In this document: positions 19,704 through 29,650 of the stretch, one piece after another | Layout: each line of letters starts with the position of its first letter | Numbering within the stretch: the stretch's first letter is position 1 | NCBI GenBank assembly: GCA_018865545.1 | Contig: GCA_018865545.1_3633.1 | Direction: 5' to 3' (one strand) | DNA length: 64,000 bases | DNA from: a phage | The notes under the pieces: model-generated | What the model was told of the DNA's origin: nothing | The model's input: only the letters and a program-made list of their open reading frames with translations | The model's database searches: none | Made by a program: the position numbers and the translations under genes

Positions 19704-20014
19704 TTCATTTGGCTCTCTATAAGAATTTTAAGCTGGTCTATAAGATCAACTCTCAAACTGCTTACATCCTCTTTTAAGTCTTTTCTAAAATCTGAAACAT
19801 CATCGCGGACAGCTTTCAGTTTTTTATCAAGAATCTCATCAAGTTTTTCTTTAGTGACCATTTCTGCCTTAATTCTTATGATGTCCCTATCAAGTTCATC
19901 AAGACGTTGTTGTGTCTTTTTATAGTCTGAGTATGTTAACTTCAGAACACCAACTAAGAAAAACGTCAATACGCCCCATACGGCTTTTAAGATAGCAAAT
20001 AGGTCAATAGACAT
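19700..20014 (-). CDS. Membrane-anchored coiled-coil protein
   Basis: 104 aa; N-terminal TM (FAILKAVWGVLTFFLVGVL) then charged coiled-coil region. Confidence 0.4.
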   Translation of the reverse strand: MSIDLFAILKAVWGVLTFFLVGVLKLTYSDYKKTQQRLDELDRDIIRIKAEMVTKEKLDEILDKKLKAVRDDVSDFRKDLKEDVSSLRVDLIDQLKILIESQMK

Positions 20015-20026
20015 TCCTTAGCTCCT

Positions 20027-20611
20027 TTACTCAACTGACGGTCTTATAGCCCATGTTATGTTAGGAGCATCCTCAGTTTTAATGCTTAATACCTCACAAC
20101 GATAAATCTTTAATTTCTTAAGAATATCTGCCATGTGCTCTGGTAGTTTTTTACCTGTTACCTGCTCATAGTCTTCATATGTCTGAATATATTGACTTGC
20201 CCATGCAATTTCCTTATCCTTGTGAAGTTTTGCCTCTTGTATAGATCGGAAATAGGTATAAACAAATTTGCCATCTTTTAATGCCACGTCACCGAGGTCA
20301 TACTCAATGCCTTTAGGCAAATTTTCTACCGGAACAACCGCTATTTTCCAGCCGCTGAAAGGAGTGCACCCATCAAAACCTTCATAGCAAACGCAGCAAA
20401 CCCTATCGTCGAGATCCAGCGAAAGAAAAGCATATTTCCCCGGCTCTGTTTGGGATTTCAATTCTTCGGCTATTTCATAATAGTCTTTCCCCGTAGATTC
20501 TTCATAGAAAAAAGGGGCGAAAGGGTTAGCTTCCAACAATCTTTTCGTAGCTCCTGTTGCATTATCAGGAAGTGGAGAATAAGGGAAAAATGGTCCAAAT
20601 ATTTTGTTCAT
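20027..20611 (-). CDS. Hypothetical protein
   Basis: 194 aa ORF. Confidence 0.45.
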   Translation of the reverse strand: MNKIFGPFFPYSPLPDNATGATKRLLEANPFAPFFYEESTGKDYYEIAEELKSQTEPGKYAFLSLDLDDRVCCVCYEGFDGCTPFSGWKIAVVPVENLPKGIEYDLGDVALKDGKFVYTYFRSIQEAKLHKDKEIAWASQYIQTYEDYEQVTGKKLPEHMADILKKLKIYRCEVLSIKTEDAPNITWAIRPSVE

Positions 20612-20628
20612 GCAACTCTCCTGAATGA

Positions 20629-21723
20629 TTAAACTCTACTTACGTTGTGCCAGACACCATTTACTTGTTTCTGGATATACGCATAGTAAACCCCACCAAT
20701 GTTGTCTGCTGAGTTTTTACCAACATCTTGAGGATAGATACCTGTCATAACTGCACCCGCTGGCGCTTGCCAGTTCCAAGATACTAGGTTACTACCAGGC
20801 CAGTACCATGTGTTACCTGTTAATCTAACATCTTGAACACCGCCAGTTTGGATATTAACATTGCCGTTACCATCCGCACCTACACCATTAACAGATCTTA
20901 CGATATTTCTCCCAGCAACCGTAGCAGAGTTATTATTTACAATTAACGCATTTACGTTTGCTGTTCCATTAACTCTTGCAGATGGTGTTGTTAATGAGCT
21001 TGTTGCTACAACAGTCTGACCTTGAATTTGCCCTGTAGCCGTCAAAGAGGATGTTCTTGTTGTGGTGAATGTTGCATTTGTGCCATTAACATTTGTTCCT
21101 TGTACAGTTCCTGTGGCAACAACATTTCCTGTTACTTTACACAAAGCCGCTGAGGAGCTAATAGCATTAAGCTCCATCATAGTGAACATCCCAGAGTTAC
21201 CTGAAGGAGAGAATCGGAAACGTATAGAATCTACACCGTTTGTCCCTGCTGTTCCCGGATTATCTCCAAGAACAAAATCCCAGTACGTCCAGTCAGAAGC
21301 CGGATTTGTAGTTGTAATATACGCAGTATCTGTTTCAGAAGGTTGAAAATTCAATCTCGGCAATGACAAAGCTCCTGTCATTGTATCTCCCGTTACATTC
21401 ACGTAACGGTTGTCGGCCTCTGATCTGCTCCACACATCAAGGTTGACTCTGGATGTTTCCTTGTCAGCTAAATCAGACAGATTTTCACTTCTTCTTAAAA
21501 ATCTTGTATCTAATTCAGGAATTTGATCCCCTGTAACATATTTTATCCAACTTGTCATCATATGAAGAACATAGTTAAATTCTTCACAAGCTGGTTTTTC
21601 TCCCATATCCCAACCTTTTAACCAAAGGTCGTCAATAGGTCTTATTTTATTCTCCCCGTGAGTATTAGGGAGAATTACATCCCCCGCTGCCCAAATCTCG
21701 ATTGGTATACTTGGTGTAGCCAT
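20629..21723 (-). CDS. Tail fiber / receptor-binding protein candidate
   Basis: 364 aa; Thr/Asn/Gly/Val-rich repetitive C-terminal half typical of fiber shafts. Confidence 0.45.
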   Translation of the reverse strand: MATPSIPIEIWAAGDVILPNTHGENKIRPIDDLWLKGWDMGEKPACEEFNYVLHMMTSWIKYVTGDQIPELDTRFLRRSENLSDLADKETSRVNLDVWSRSEADNRYVNVTGDTMTGALSLPRLNFQPSETDTAYITTTNPASDWTYWDFVLGDNPGTAGTNGVDSIRFRFSPSGNSGMFTMMELNAISSSAALCKVTGNVVATGTVQGTNVNGTNATFTTTRTSSLTATGQIQGQTVVATSSLTTPSARVNGTANVNALIVNNNSATVAGRNIVRSVNGVGADGNGNVNIQTGGVQDVRLTGNTWYWPGSNLVSWNWQAPAGAVMTGIYPQDVGKNSADNIGGVYYAYIQKQVNGVWHNVSRV

Positions 21724-21738
21724 AAAAGTATCTCCTTC

Positions 21739-23802
21739 TTAAACTTCTGGTGGGGTATCTTTTAAATACCCTTTCAATGCTGTATGCCCCATATGAAAGA
21801 CTGCGGATTGAGAGTTGTGCACTGTTATAGAATCATGCATTACTTGTGGATACGCCCATATGTATTGATAAATACCTGGAAACTTAAACTCATTAAGAAC
21901 GATGTTCCCTATAATCATTTTCCAAAGATATTCTCTATAATTAGAATTAGGGTCAAATCCGTATAATGGTGCTAGCCCTTCGTCTGGAACAAATCCTGCC
22001 AGATAATGTATCTTATCTTCTTTAAATTTTAAGACATCTCGCGGAATGGTGATGGCCTGGAATGATTTTTCCATTTTTCCTTGAAGTAACCAGTCATAGC
22101 ACTCGGAGCAATAAAAATCAAAATTCTCAGGTGTATAACTACCACTAGGGAAATTTATCTTTTCCATAATACCATTACCAATAATGGATGGTAAAAACGG
22201 TAAAAGTGTTATTTTTGCATTAGGATAAGATTTTTTAAGATCAGCACCGAATTTTACCACTCGCTCCCCTAAGCACTGTCTTAGAAAATCTACATACTCA
22301 TCATAGGGTGTTCCGGTCTTAAAGTCATAAATTGTTCCCATGTCTTGAGCATACAATCCAGTCTCTTCATTAAAACGAACTTTTGTAGTATAATCATAGA
22401 CACAAGGTAAGTTAGTAGCTGTATTATACCACCACCAAGGTTCTCCTATCTGAATGATAACAACTTGGTTAACTTGTTCGCACGTAGCTGCTATTTTATT
22501 TATCACACTTTGGATATATTGCATACCCTCATTAATATTAGGTGATAATACCCAACTAGGAGGTGTATAGCCTGTTTCAGCCAATGCATCATTCCAATCA
22601 TGCTGCACCCATTCTGCCGGACATACAGTGCTCATCAACTCAAAACTAATAGAATTGATAACCTTATAACCATTTGCTCGTGTCAGTGCGAAATAGTTAT
22701 TCATCCATTGTAGGGTTGCATTATTGACAGGGACATCTTTGTTCAGTTTCCATGCGGAGCTTTCCCAAGAGAACTCGTAATAATGCGACATACCATTATA
22801 GTGGTTTATCATATCCCTGTACCCAAGTTTCAAGCAGTTGTCCACCACTCGTTCAGGTGTCAGGTTATACATGTCATCATAGGATGTACACATACGCACA
22901 TCATGTGCAGGAATTGTCAAATTATTAACTCTCATCATTGTATAGCCTGTATCAGGCTCTTTAAGAGTTATTTTCAACATAAGGTTCTGATTTTCTTTAG
23001 GGACAACATCTTCTCCTTCTGCATACTTCTCAGATATCATAGAAAAGAAAAACTGATCCACTTGAGAGGTATCCACTGGCACGTTCACATCAGGGCCAGA
23101 TTTTAAATTTGAAAAATCAAGTTTGATTGTGGCTCTTTTATAATCCTCGCTGATATTTTCAGCATAAGCGTACAGAGGGATATAATGGGTCGCCCCATCT
23201 AAAAGTTTAAGGGTTAATGTCGGGGTCAATTTCTCATTATTGAAATCAGGCATTCCGTCGCCCAACTCTATATCGAACCACAGTTTAGCGTTTCGAAGAT
23301 CTGCGTGATCTTGAAAAGAGATCCCTTTATGATCATACTTATCTTTTGTGCTCCAAATAACCCCTGCTAAACCGCTTACAGTTCTATTAGTCATATAAGC
23401 TGTAAGTATATTACCATTAGATATTATAGAGCAACTTTCTGTGGGTTGAGAATCAATTGTCCAATATTTAGGTAGAAACATTTTCTCTTCTTTTGTTCCC
23501 CACCCCAACTCAGACATATCCTCCTTGGTGCTAATAACACATCTGGAAGCCAGCCTGTCTAGCCTTGCACCAAAAGACGGATTACTCATTTTTAAGGTAA
23601 ATTCTCTTGGTAATGAGTTTTTAGGATGTTGTTTTATCTCCACAGGTATCTGTACAGACTTTTCCCCTTTAGGAATTGTTGCCGTACCTACTTTGGGTGT
23701 ATAATCTCTTCCAGCAATAGCTGTGTTTGATATTGTTTCATAGTCAAAGCTGACAGCTACAGAGTCATCTTCTCTTCTGGCTGTGAAAATAGCCTCTGCC
23801 AT
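21739..23802 (-). CDS. Baseplate/tail protein with possible C-terminal hydrolase-like domain
   Basis: 687 aa; C-terminal region rich in Trp/Tyr with IIQIGEPWWWY (inferred glycoside-hydrolase-like signature, unverified). Confidence 0.4.
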   Translation of the reverse strand: MAEAIFTARREDDSVAVSFDYETISNTAIAGRDYTPKVGTATIPKGEKSVQIPVEIKQHPKNSLPREFTLKMSNPSFGARLDRLASRCVISTKEDMSELGWGTKEEKMFLPKYWTIDSQPTESCSIISNGNILTAYMTNRTVSGLAGVIWSTKDKYDHKGISFQDHADLRNAKLWFDIELGDGMPDFNNEKLTPTLTLKLLDGATHYIPLYAYAENISEDYKRATIKLDFSNLKSGPDVNVPVDTSQVDQFFFSMISEKYAEGEDVVPKENQNLMLKITLKEPDTGYTMMRVNNLTIPAHDVRMCTSYDDMYNLTPERVVDNCLKLGYRDMINHYNGMSHYYEFSWESSAWKLNKDVPVNNATLQWMNNYFALTRANGYKVINSISFELMSTVCPAEWVQHDWNDALAETGYTPPSWVLSPNINEGMQYIQSVINKIAATCEQVNQVVIIQIGEPWWWYNTATNLPCVYDYTTKVRFNEETGLYAQDMGTIYDFKTGTPYDEYVDFLRQCLGERVVKFGADLKKSYPNAKITLLPFLPSIIGNGIMEKINFPSGSYTPENFDFYCSECYDWLLQGKMEKSFQAITIPRDVLKFKEDKIHYLAGFVPDEGLAPLYGFDPNSNYREYLWKMIIGNIVLNEFKFPGIYQYIWAYPQVMHDSITVHNSQSAVFHMGHTALKGYLKDTPPEV

Positions 23803-23814
23803 ATGTGGTCTCCT

Positions 23815-24492
23815 CTACTCTGTTGCATCTACAGAAATATTGTCAACATAAATAAGGATGTCATCCGATGTTCTTGGTGGATCCGGTACGTAAACTAGAT
23901 GGGCTAAACCGCCATCCCCAGTTCTTGATTTCTCTGCCACAGATCCGAATCCAAGTGCATGTTTGTCATTCTTAAAGCCAAACGCCAAACCCACAGACTC
24001 TGTTAGTCTAAGGTGAGTTGGTAACGGTAATAGGTCAAGTATCTCATCTATCGCTGCTGCTAAGTCGAAACAGCTTTTCGATACGTTTACGTCAAAACGG
24101 TAATTATCCCCTTTGTAAGTTGTAAAATTTCCAACACCAAACAGTTGATCTAATGTTTCAATAAACTCTGGTCTTGTACCGTGTCTTGCAGATCCAGCAG
24201 CCAAGATCATTATTATTGCCCTATAGGTGGCATCATCAAGCCCGTTTCTCTCAATACCAACCTGATTACCTATCTCATCAAGATTCAGCCCTGCGGCATT
24301 CCTTAATAATCTACCTTCTGATAGCTTTACAAGCATCTCATCAATAGCTTTCAATCTTTCAAGGTATATTGTCAGAAATTTTACAAGATTCTTTTTCTCT
24401 TTCAGAAAATCACCAGGGAGATAATCAATACCTCCCTCAACGAAATCTGGCAGTGTGTGTATATGATTTACATCTTTTAAATAGTCTGCCAT
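23815..24492 (-). CDS. Baseplate protein (putative)
   Basis: 225 aa ORF immediately downstream of baseplate J-like gene. Confidence 0.4.
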   Translation of the reverse strand: MADYLKDVNHIHTLPDFVEGGIDYLPGDFLKEKKNLVKFLTIYLERLKAIDEMLVKLSEGRLLRNAAGLNLDEIGNQVGIERNGLDDATYRAIIMILAAGSARHGTRPEFIETLDQLFGVGNFTTYKGDNYRFDVNVSKSCFDLAAAIDEILDLLPLPTHLRLTESVGLAFGFKNDKHALGFGSVAEKSRTGDGGLAHLVYVPDPPRTSDDILIYVDNISVDATE

Positions 24493-24502
24493 AATAACAT
24501 CC

Positions 24503-25996
24503 TTAAAGAACTTGCTGGAAAGTTATGTCATTTAACTCTACAGCGAAAACTTCTGTCATAGTAGCAACAATATCATCATTAGTGTACGTACTGTCTGGCT
24601 CACCTTTGTTTTTGACATCTACTAAAAGTTGAGTAAATCTGCCTGATGAGATGGATGACCCCACAGCAGAAACAAGTTGGATATTGTACAACGTATCTGC
24701 AATGTTAAGAGGATCAACAACAGCTTTAAGGGAATCCCTGATCGTGTTCTGTTCTGTAAGGGATAGTAATTTACCTTTATATCTGACACGAATTTCAAGT
24801 TGCCTTACTTTTGCCTTGCTATGATAAATTCTTTCTACTTGGTCATCTTCTGTAGTCACATCATAGAATACATCACCATAAGTAGCATTAGAGAGTGCTA
24901 TAGTATTATAAAGTGCCTTACTGATATCTTCTGTGGCCCCACCATAGACTACTGTCTCAAACTTATACGCTGGAACACCGTACTCGTTTGTCACACCAGT
25001 ATTGTTGGAGAAAATTTTAACCTTACTTACACCAGGCACATTTAAAACAGCAGAAACAATAGCAGGTCGTGTTGCGGCAGCGCCCGCTGATGTGGTGTTC
25101 GAAGCCCTCAGCTTATATTCTGTATCCGTCTCAACATCTGTACCATCACTAAATGCTTCCCTGTTCGTCAAGCTAACAAAACCACTTGGTGTCGGGCTTA
25201 TGTTAGTAACTGTCTCTGCTTCTCTAGATATTTCTCCTGCTTCAACAGCAATAACATCCATGGTTATTGTTCTTTGACCAAGTAGGGGTGATGTTCTAAA
25301 GTCCACAGGAGCATTAAGACCAATCATTTTCTTATTTTGATCATAACCTATAAACATACTTCCTGAAGAAGATTCGATAAAGATCTTATCTTCGTTCAGA
25401 TAAGTTGTATTATCGACTATAAACTCTTTCATAGCCATCATAAAAGAGTTTAATTCGGTACTGTTTGGAGTTTTGTTTTTCAGAGATAGGTTCAGTGTCT
25501 TTGTTGTCCCATCATTCTGGTTAACTATCTGGATGGTGTAGTTACCAAGAACCCAATCTTGATTGGTTATTTGCTGCGCTATGATATTGCCAGCAACGGC
25601 GGTATCTTCTGTTAACACAAAATTTCCACCGTCAATACTGTATGTTGCGGCATCATAAATCATGTTATACGGCACTGTGTTATTAATTACCATTTGAACA
25701 GTACCGGACCCTTTGGTTTTTCCTCTACGGAATATGCCACGACGACCAAGAATCTCGTCAAGATATATACCTTCTGCCCCTGCTAGCGTTTGTGCTGCAT
25801 AAATAGATGCAGCCAAAAGAATTAATTGATATTCCCTTTCGTTGAAAATAGTAGTGATCTTATCAACAACAGAGTTAGTTTGGGTGTTAAAGTTTTCACC
25901 AAAAGCTCTAATAAGGGATTGCTTAGTGTCTGTTATCAAGTCATCAAGGGACGGAATTGAAAAACCGTAGTCATTTAATCCAAATTGAGCAGCCAC
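24503..25996 (-). CDS. Baseplate wedge protein (gpJ-like)
   Basis: 497 aa; N-terminus FSIPSLDDLITDTKQSLIRAFGENF resembles the baseplate J family start; position in baseplate cluster. Confidence 0.55.
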   Translation of the reverse strand: MAAQFGLNDYGFSIPSLDDLITDTKQSLIRAFGENFNTQTNSVVDKITTIFNEREYQLILLAASIYAAQTLAGAEGIYLDEILGRRGIFRRGKTKGSGTVQMVINNTVPYNMIYDAATYSIDGGNFVLTEDTAVAGNIIAQQITNQDWVLGNYTIQIVNQNDGTTKTLNLSLKNKTPNSTELNSFMMAMKEFIVDNTTYLNEDKIFIESSSGSMFIGYDQNKKMIGLNAPVDFRTSPLLGQRTITMDVIAVEAGEISREAETVTNISPTPSGFVSLTNREAFSDGTDVETDTEYKLRASNTTSAGAAATRPAIVSAVLNVPGVSKVKIFSNNTGVTNEYGVPAYKFETVVYGGATEDISKALYNTIALSNATYGDVFYDVTTEDDQVERIYHSKAKVRQLEIRVRYKGKLLSLTEQNTIRDSLKAVVDPLNIADTLYNIQLVSAVGSSISSGRFTQLLVDVKNKGEPDSTYTNDDIVATMTEVFAVELNDITFQQVL

Positions 25997-26065
25997 GATT
26001 ATGCCTCCTCTTGTAAATTATTATAAGATGTGGTTATTTTACCACAATATGTCTTAATTATAAAT

Positions 26066-26095
26066 AGTAAACACAAATAAAGGGGCATAAGCCCC
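26066..26095 (-). terminator. Rho-independent terminator candidate (minus strand)
   Basis: aaaggggc-ataa-gccccttt hairpin, T-rich on minus strand just downstream of 26102 stop. Confidence 0.45.
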
Positions 26096-26101
26096 TTTCC
26101 A

Positions 26102-26629
26102 TTATTCATTAGTTGCCCACTTATTCCACCAAGTTGCGTCACCTGTACGAGGTAAACGGAAATTGATGAGGTAATAGAGTTTGTTAGCCCAAAGTATCCA
26201 GCCATCATCATCGCAAAGGATTGTTGTCCCTGCATCAGCTTCTGGATAATAATACTCATCCTGCCCTATAAAGGCAATCCTAACAACCTCTTGTTCTTTG
26301 GTTGTCACTTCAAAATATGCTTGATAGCTTCTTGTCCCTGAATCCATTGTGGAATGAAAATAAGTTATTTCCAAAACGTCCGGTTCCTGCCTTGTTACCT
26401 CTTTTATCTTATTATCAAGTACAGTCTTCATAACCTTCTTGCTAATATATGTTCGATATGGAAATCCGAATGTCTCATCGAAATACCAGTCTCCTTGCCA
26501 GACATTAAACCTTAGCCACAAACGTTGACGAAGACTAACTTGGTTTGATTCTATCAGTTTAAGACCTTCTGAGACATCGAGATCCCCAGTAACAGGATCC
26601 ATTAATAAATCAGAATAGAGAGTTGCCAT
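26102..26629 (-). CDS. Baseplate wedge protein (gpW/gp25-like, putative)
   Basis: 175 aa ORF between spike-like and J-like genes. Confidence 0.4.
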   Translation of the reverse strand: MATLYSDLLMDPVTGDLDVSEGLKLIESNQVSLRQRLWLRFNVWQGDWYFDETFGFPYRTYISKKVMKTVLDNKIKEVTRQEPDVLEITYFHSTMDSGTRSYQAYFEVTTKEQEVVRIAFIGQDEYYYPEADAGTTILCDDDGWILWANKLYYLINFRLPRTGDATWWNKWATNE

Positions 26630-26638
26630 TTACACTCC

Positions 26639-27340
26639 TTATTTGTTAGGGACATTTGTGTCACTTTCACCAGATGGGTCTGTCCAAATATAGTGATGTG
26701 TGTGTCTTGTAAACCAGTCGTAGAAATCATTTAGATTCACACCTCTAGCTGTCACGATATTCCCATCTGGTGTAACCTTCGCCCCATTCATCTCTATATT
26801 CCCATCAGGCTTCGCTGTCAATGTCGCAGACCCGTTGGTAAAAGACATTTTACCATCTTTATCAACAGTAAATGTTCCCACTGGGCCTTTTAATACAAAA
26901 TCTCCTTCAGGGGCAAGAGAGAAATGAACTTGGTCGTTCCATAATTCCACATTGTTTGGGTCGATAACCATTGCATTCCCATCACTGTGAACACCAATGA
27001 TTGACCACCCAGGAAATAAACCGTGTGTCGTTAAGTCATTAGCATCTGACTCATTTCTCTCTGAAAAAGATAACCCGACAATATCACCTGGTTTAACAGG
27101 CAATGTAAGTCTTGCCTTACCGCCGTTTGCGCTTGGCATCGAAAGCGGCACATCGAAAACAGCAGGATATGCATCTACTGTTCCGTCATCGAAATTAGTG
27201 GATGCTAAAGGTTGTACAGTTGCTGAGGGTATGCTATAATCAACCTCAACAACCTTCGCCCTTAATCCTGTGTGGATGTCTCTAGCTTGTCTCGCAAACC
27301 ACTGATTCAATGCTGCGTCCATTCTTTGAATTGCTGCCAT
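26639..27340 (-). CDS. Baseplate spike/hub protein (gpV-like, putative)
   Basis: 233 aa; PVKPGDIVGLSFSERNESD resembles the OB-fold region of gpV-type spikes. Confidence 0.45.
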   Translation of the reverse strand: MAAIQRMDAALNQWFARQARDIHTGLRAKVVEVDYSIPSATVQPLASTNFDDGTVDAYPAVFDVPLSMPSANGGKARLTLPVKPGDIVGLSFSERNESDANDLTTHGLFPGWSIIGVHSDGNAMVIDPNNVELWNDQVHFSLAPEGDFVLKGPVGTFTVDKDGKMSFTNGSATLTAKPDGNIEMNGAKVTPDGNIVTARGVNLNDFYDWFTRHTHHYIWTDPSGESDTNVPNK

Positions 27341-28338
27341 TATTCCTCCACAACACCACCACGGGCTTCAGCAAGGCCAATTTCGGAAATCCAATCTCCA
27401 CCTTCAAGTTGCCCTTTGTGTGTCAAATATACTACTTTATAAAAACCTGTATATTTATGACTCTTCAAATAAATTGTGCTCTCAGGAATAATTGCCCCAT
27501 TAAGCTCTGTGGTTACAACCAACCCAGCGTCTTCTTTTATTCTTGCTCTACTTGGTCTTGTATCCGTGCCAGGTTTAGGTTTCCTTTTTTTCTTTTTGCT
27601 TTCTTTCTCAAGTCTTCTTTTAGCAGGTTCTGGATTCTGTGGGGTTGGAGAATCATGCATCCCAGATTCTGCGCTTATTTCAAAAACAGCGTTCTTAAAT
27701 CTTTTACCTTGGGTTGTCCAGTACACAGCACCGTCTTGGACACTAAATGTGGAACCTGTATTTCTAGCTAATCTCTCAAGATTATTAGCAGCATTCCCTG
27801 TGAATGCCATTGATTGTTGAAGAGTCTTATTCCCGAATTTAACAACTTTTCCGATAGGTAATTTTAAATCAGAAATTAAATCATTAAGAACAGTATCTAA
27901 AGGTGTTCCTTTTTTATATGATCTTGCTGTTTTAGCAGTCATAATATTTGTGGTTGCATCACCAAGGATCATTTTTGTTTGGCGAGTATTTCCATCCCAT
28001 TTATCCTGAACAAACTCTACTGTCCCAGAGAATAACATTTGGTTTTCACCATCAAACCCAGCCTCCAACACTATGGCTAGAGATTCTCTCTGATTAGCAT
28101 CTAGATAGCTAACGGTCTCATCACTTAAATTGTAAATTGTTACGTAACCTTTGTTGGGGTCTTTTGAGTTGTCTTTTTTAACTTCAAATTCTATATTTGC
28201 AGAACCGTACTCATTACTTACAACATAAGCATCCTTATTATTCTGATTTGTATAATCTGAAATATTCGTTGGCTTCTCTCCAATGTATACTGGTTTACCT
28301 ATTGTTAGTTTATATGTTCTTGTTCTGTAAGATGGCAT
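27340..28338 (-). CDS. Baseplate hub / tail protein (putative)
   Basis: 332 aa; internal Lys-rich stretch KRRLEKESKKKKRKPKPG. Confidence 0.4.
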   Translation of the reverse strand: MPSYRTRTYKLTIGKPVYIGEKPTNISDYTNQNNKDAYVVSNEYGSANIEFEVKKDNSKDPNKGYVTIYNLSDETVSYLDANQRESLAIVLEAGFDGENQMLFSGTVEFVQDKWDGNTRQTKMILGDATTNIMTAKTARSYKKGTPLDTVLNDLISDLKLPIGKVVKFGNKTLQQSMAFTGNAANNLERLARNTGSTFSVQDGAVYWTTQGKRFKNAVFEISAESGMHDSPTPQNPEPAKRRLEKESKKKKRKPKPGTDTRPSRARIKEDAGLVVTTELNGAIIPESTIYLKSHKYTGFYKVVYLTHKGQLEGGDWISEIGLAEARGGVVEE

Positions 28339-28343
28339 AATTA

Positions 28344-28694
28344 TTACTCCTCACCTGTTAACTCCTCATCAGGAGATGAATAAAGAAGTTGGAGATCTGC
28401 AAGAAATCCGATATTGTATCTTCCGACACGTTTTGTAGATTGTTTAAAAGAAAAAACAGACAATTGACCAGATGGTATATTCTCAAGGTATTTGAATGGC
28501 TCAAAGATATCAAATATTGTTGTTAATTTAAAAGATATCGTAGGTGTTGAACCAACATCCCCAAAATACACCAACCAAGATTCATCCCTCTCATTCCATT
28601 GAAATCTCATCTCGTATGTTTTACTGTCCAAGACAACTCTCATTGTTTGATCAGCAAACCCATCTATATCCCAGACAAAAGTTATTTTAGACAT
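28344..28694 (-). CDS. Hypothetical tail protein
   Basis: 116 aa ORF in tail cluster. Confidence 0.4.
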   Translation of the reverse strand: MSKITFVWDIDGFADQTMRVVLDSKTYEMRFQWNERDESWLVYFGDVGSTPTISFKLTTIFDIFEPFKYLENIPSGQLSVFSFKQSTKRVGRYNIGFLADLQLLYSSPDEELTGEE

Positions 28695-28704
28695 CTATAG
28701 TTCC

Positions 28705-29571
28705 TTACTTACCAAACTTCATAGGGTTCCCATCCAGATCTTTAAATTCCCCAGACGGAGTAAGTGTATATGACCCAACTTTCTGTAGAGAAGTAACATC
28801 ATCTAAATTATGGTGTCTGCTCTCTGACCAGTTTTTCCAGAAATCAGCTTGGTCTCCAGAGTATAATGTTTTTCTAGCCATAATATCAACTTCTTGTTGG
28901 GTAGCGGATGATTGAACAGAACCTTTCTGTTTTGTTTTCCCTGACTTCTTAGGATCTGTGTAGATGGTGGCTAAAACAGTCTTTCCTAATGTGAATGTAC
29001 GGAACTCTGTAAACTCTAATTGAAAAACTAATGCCGCGCCATCTGAATTGCTACGAGATGCCTCCATTGAAGTAAGGATATAATTATCTAAGATTCTATC
29101 CTCTGTCACAAGAGTTACAATTTGTCTTTGGTCTATGAGGCGCTCAAGCACTTCCAGAGCTTTTTCTGGTCTTTTTGAAGCAGCGGGGTTCTGATTATCG
29201 GTATCTTTATCTATGTAATTAAACTGAATAATTGAAAGTGGTGATGAGCTAACCCTTGCACTAAAAGAGAATTTCCCATCTTCTATTACACCGTGATCAC
29301 TAAACTTAACCCTATCTTCAACTGCATAAGAAGTCTTATCCACAGTTCTCGTATAGGAGTGTTCTTCAACAACATCAAAAATTATAGCTAAATCGTCTGT
29401 ATAATTTTTATCTTTCAGTTCAATATTACGACCACCATAATTCAAACCGCTGGCAAAAAGTGTATACTTAACACCAGAGCTTGTTTCTTGTGCATTACTT
29501 ACCTTTCTTTCGACATTTGCTGTAGCTTTACCTTGCTGCGGTTTTGACTGGTTATTGGAAACTGAAGCCAT
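28705..29571 (-). CDS. Hypothetical tail protein
   Basis: 288 aa ORF in tail cluster. Confidence 0.4.
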   Translation of the reverse strand: MASVSNNQSKPQQGKATANVERKVSNAQETSSGVKYTLFASGLNYGGRNIELKDKNYTDDLAIIFDVVEEHSYTRTVDKTSYAVEDRVKFSDHGVIEDGKFSFSARVSSSPLSIIQFNYIDKDTDNQNPAASKRPEKALEVLERLIDQRQIVTLVTEDRILDNYILTSMEASRSNSDGAALVFQLEFTEFRTFTLGKTVLATIYTDPKKSGKTKQKGSVQSSATQQEVDIMARKTLYSGDQADFWKNWSESRHHNLDDVTSLQKVGSYTLTPSGEFKDLDGNPMKFGK

Positions 29572-29617
29572 AAGAACCTCACTTGTTATTGTATGATTTT
29601 ATCATAAATCTTTTATT

Positions 29618-29647
29618 AAAACAACAAAAAGGGGCAAAAGCCCCTTC
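29618..29647 (-). terminator. Rho-independent terminator candidate (minus strand)
   Basis: aaggggc-aaaa-gcccctt hairpin; on minus strand followed by tttttgtt, directly after the tape-measure stop. Confidence 0.5.
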
Positions 29648-29650
29648 AAA

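Noticed and set aside
25999-26259. Minus-strand 86 aa ORF between baseplate genes
   Set aside because: Overlaps the 3' end of gene 26102-26629 in another frame and runs through the terminator hairpin; Leu/Ile-rich low-complexity translation.
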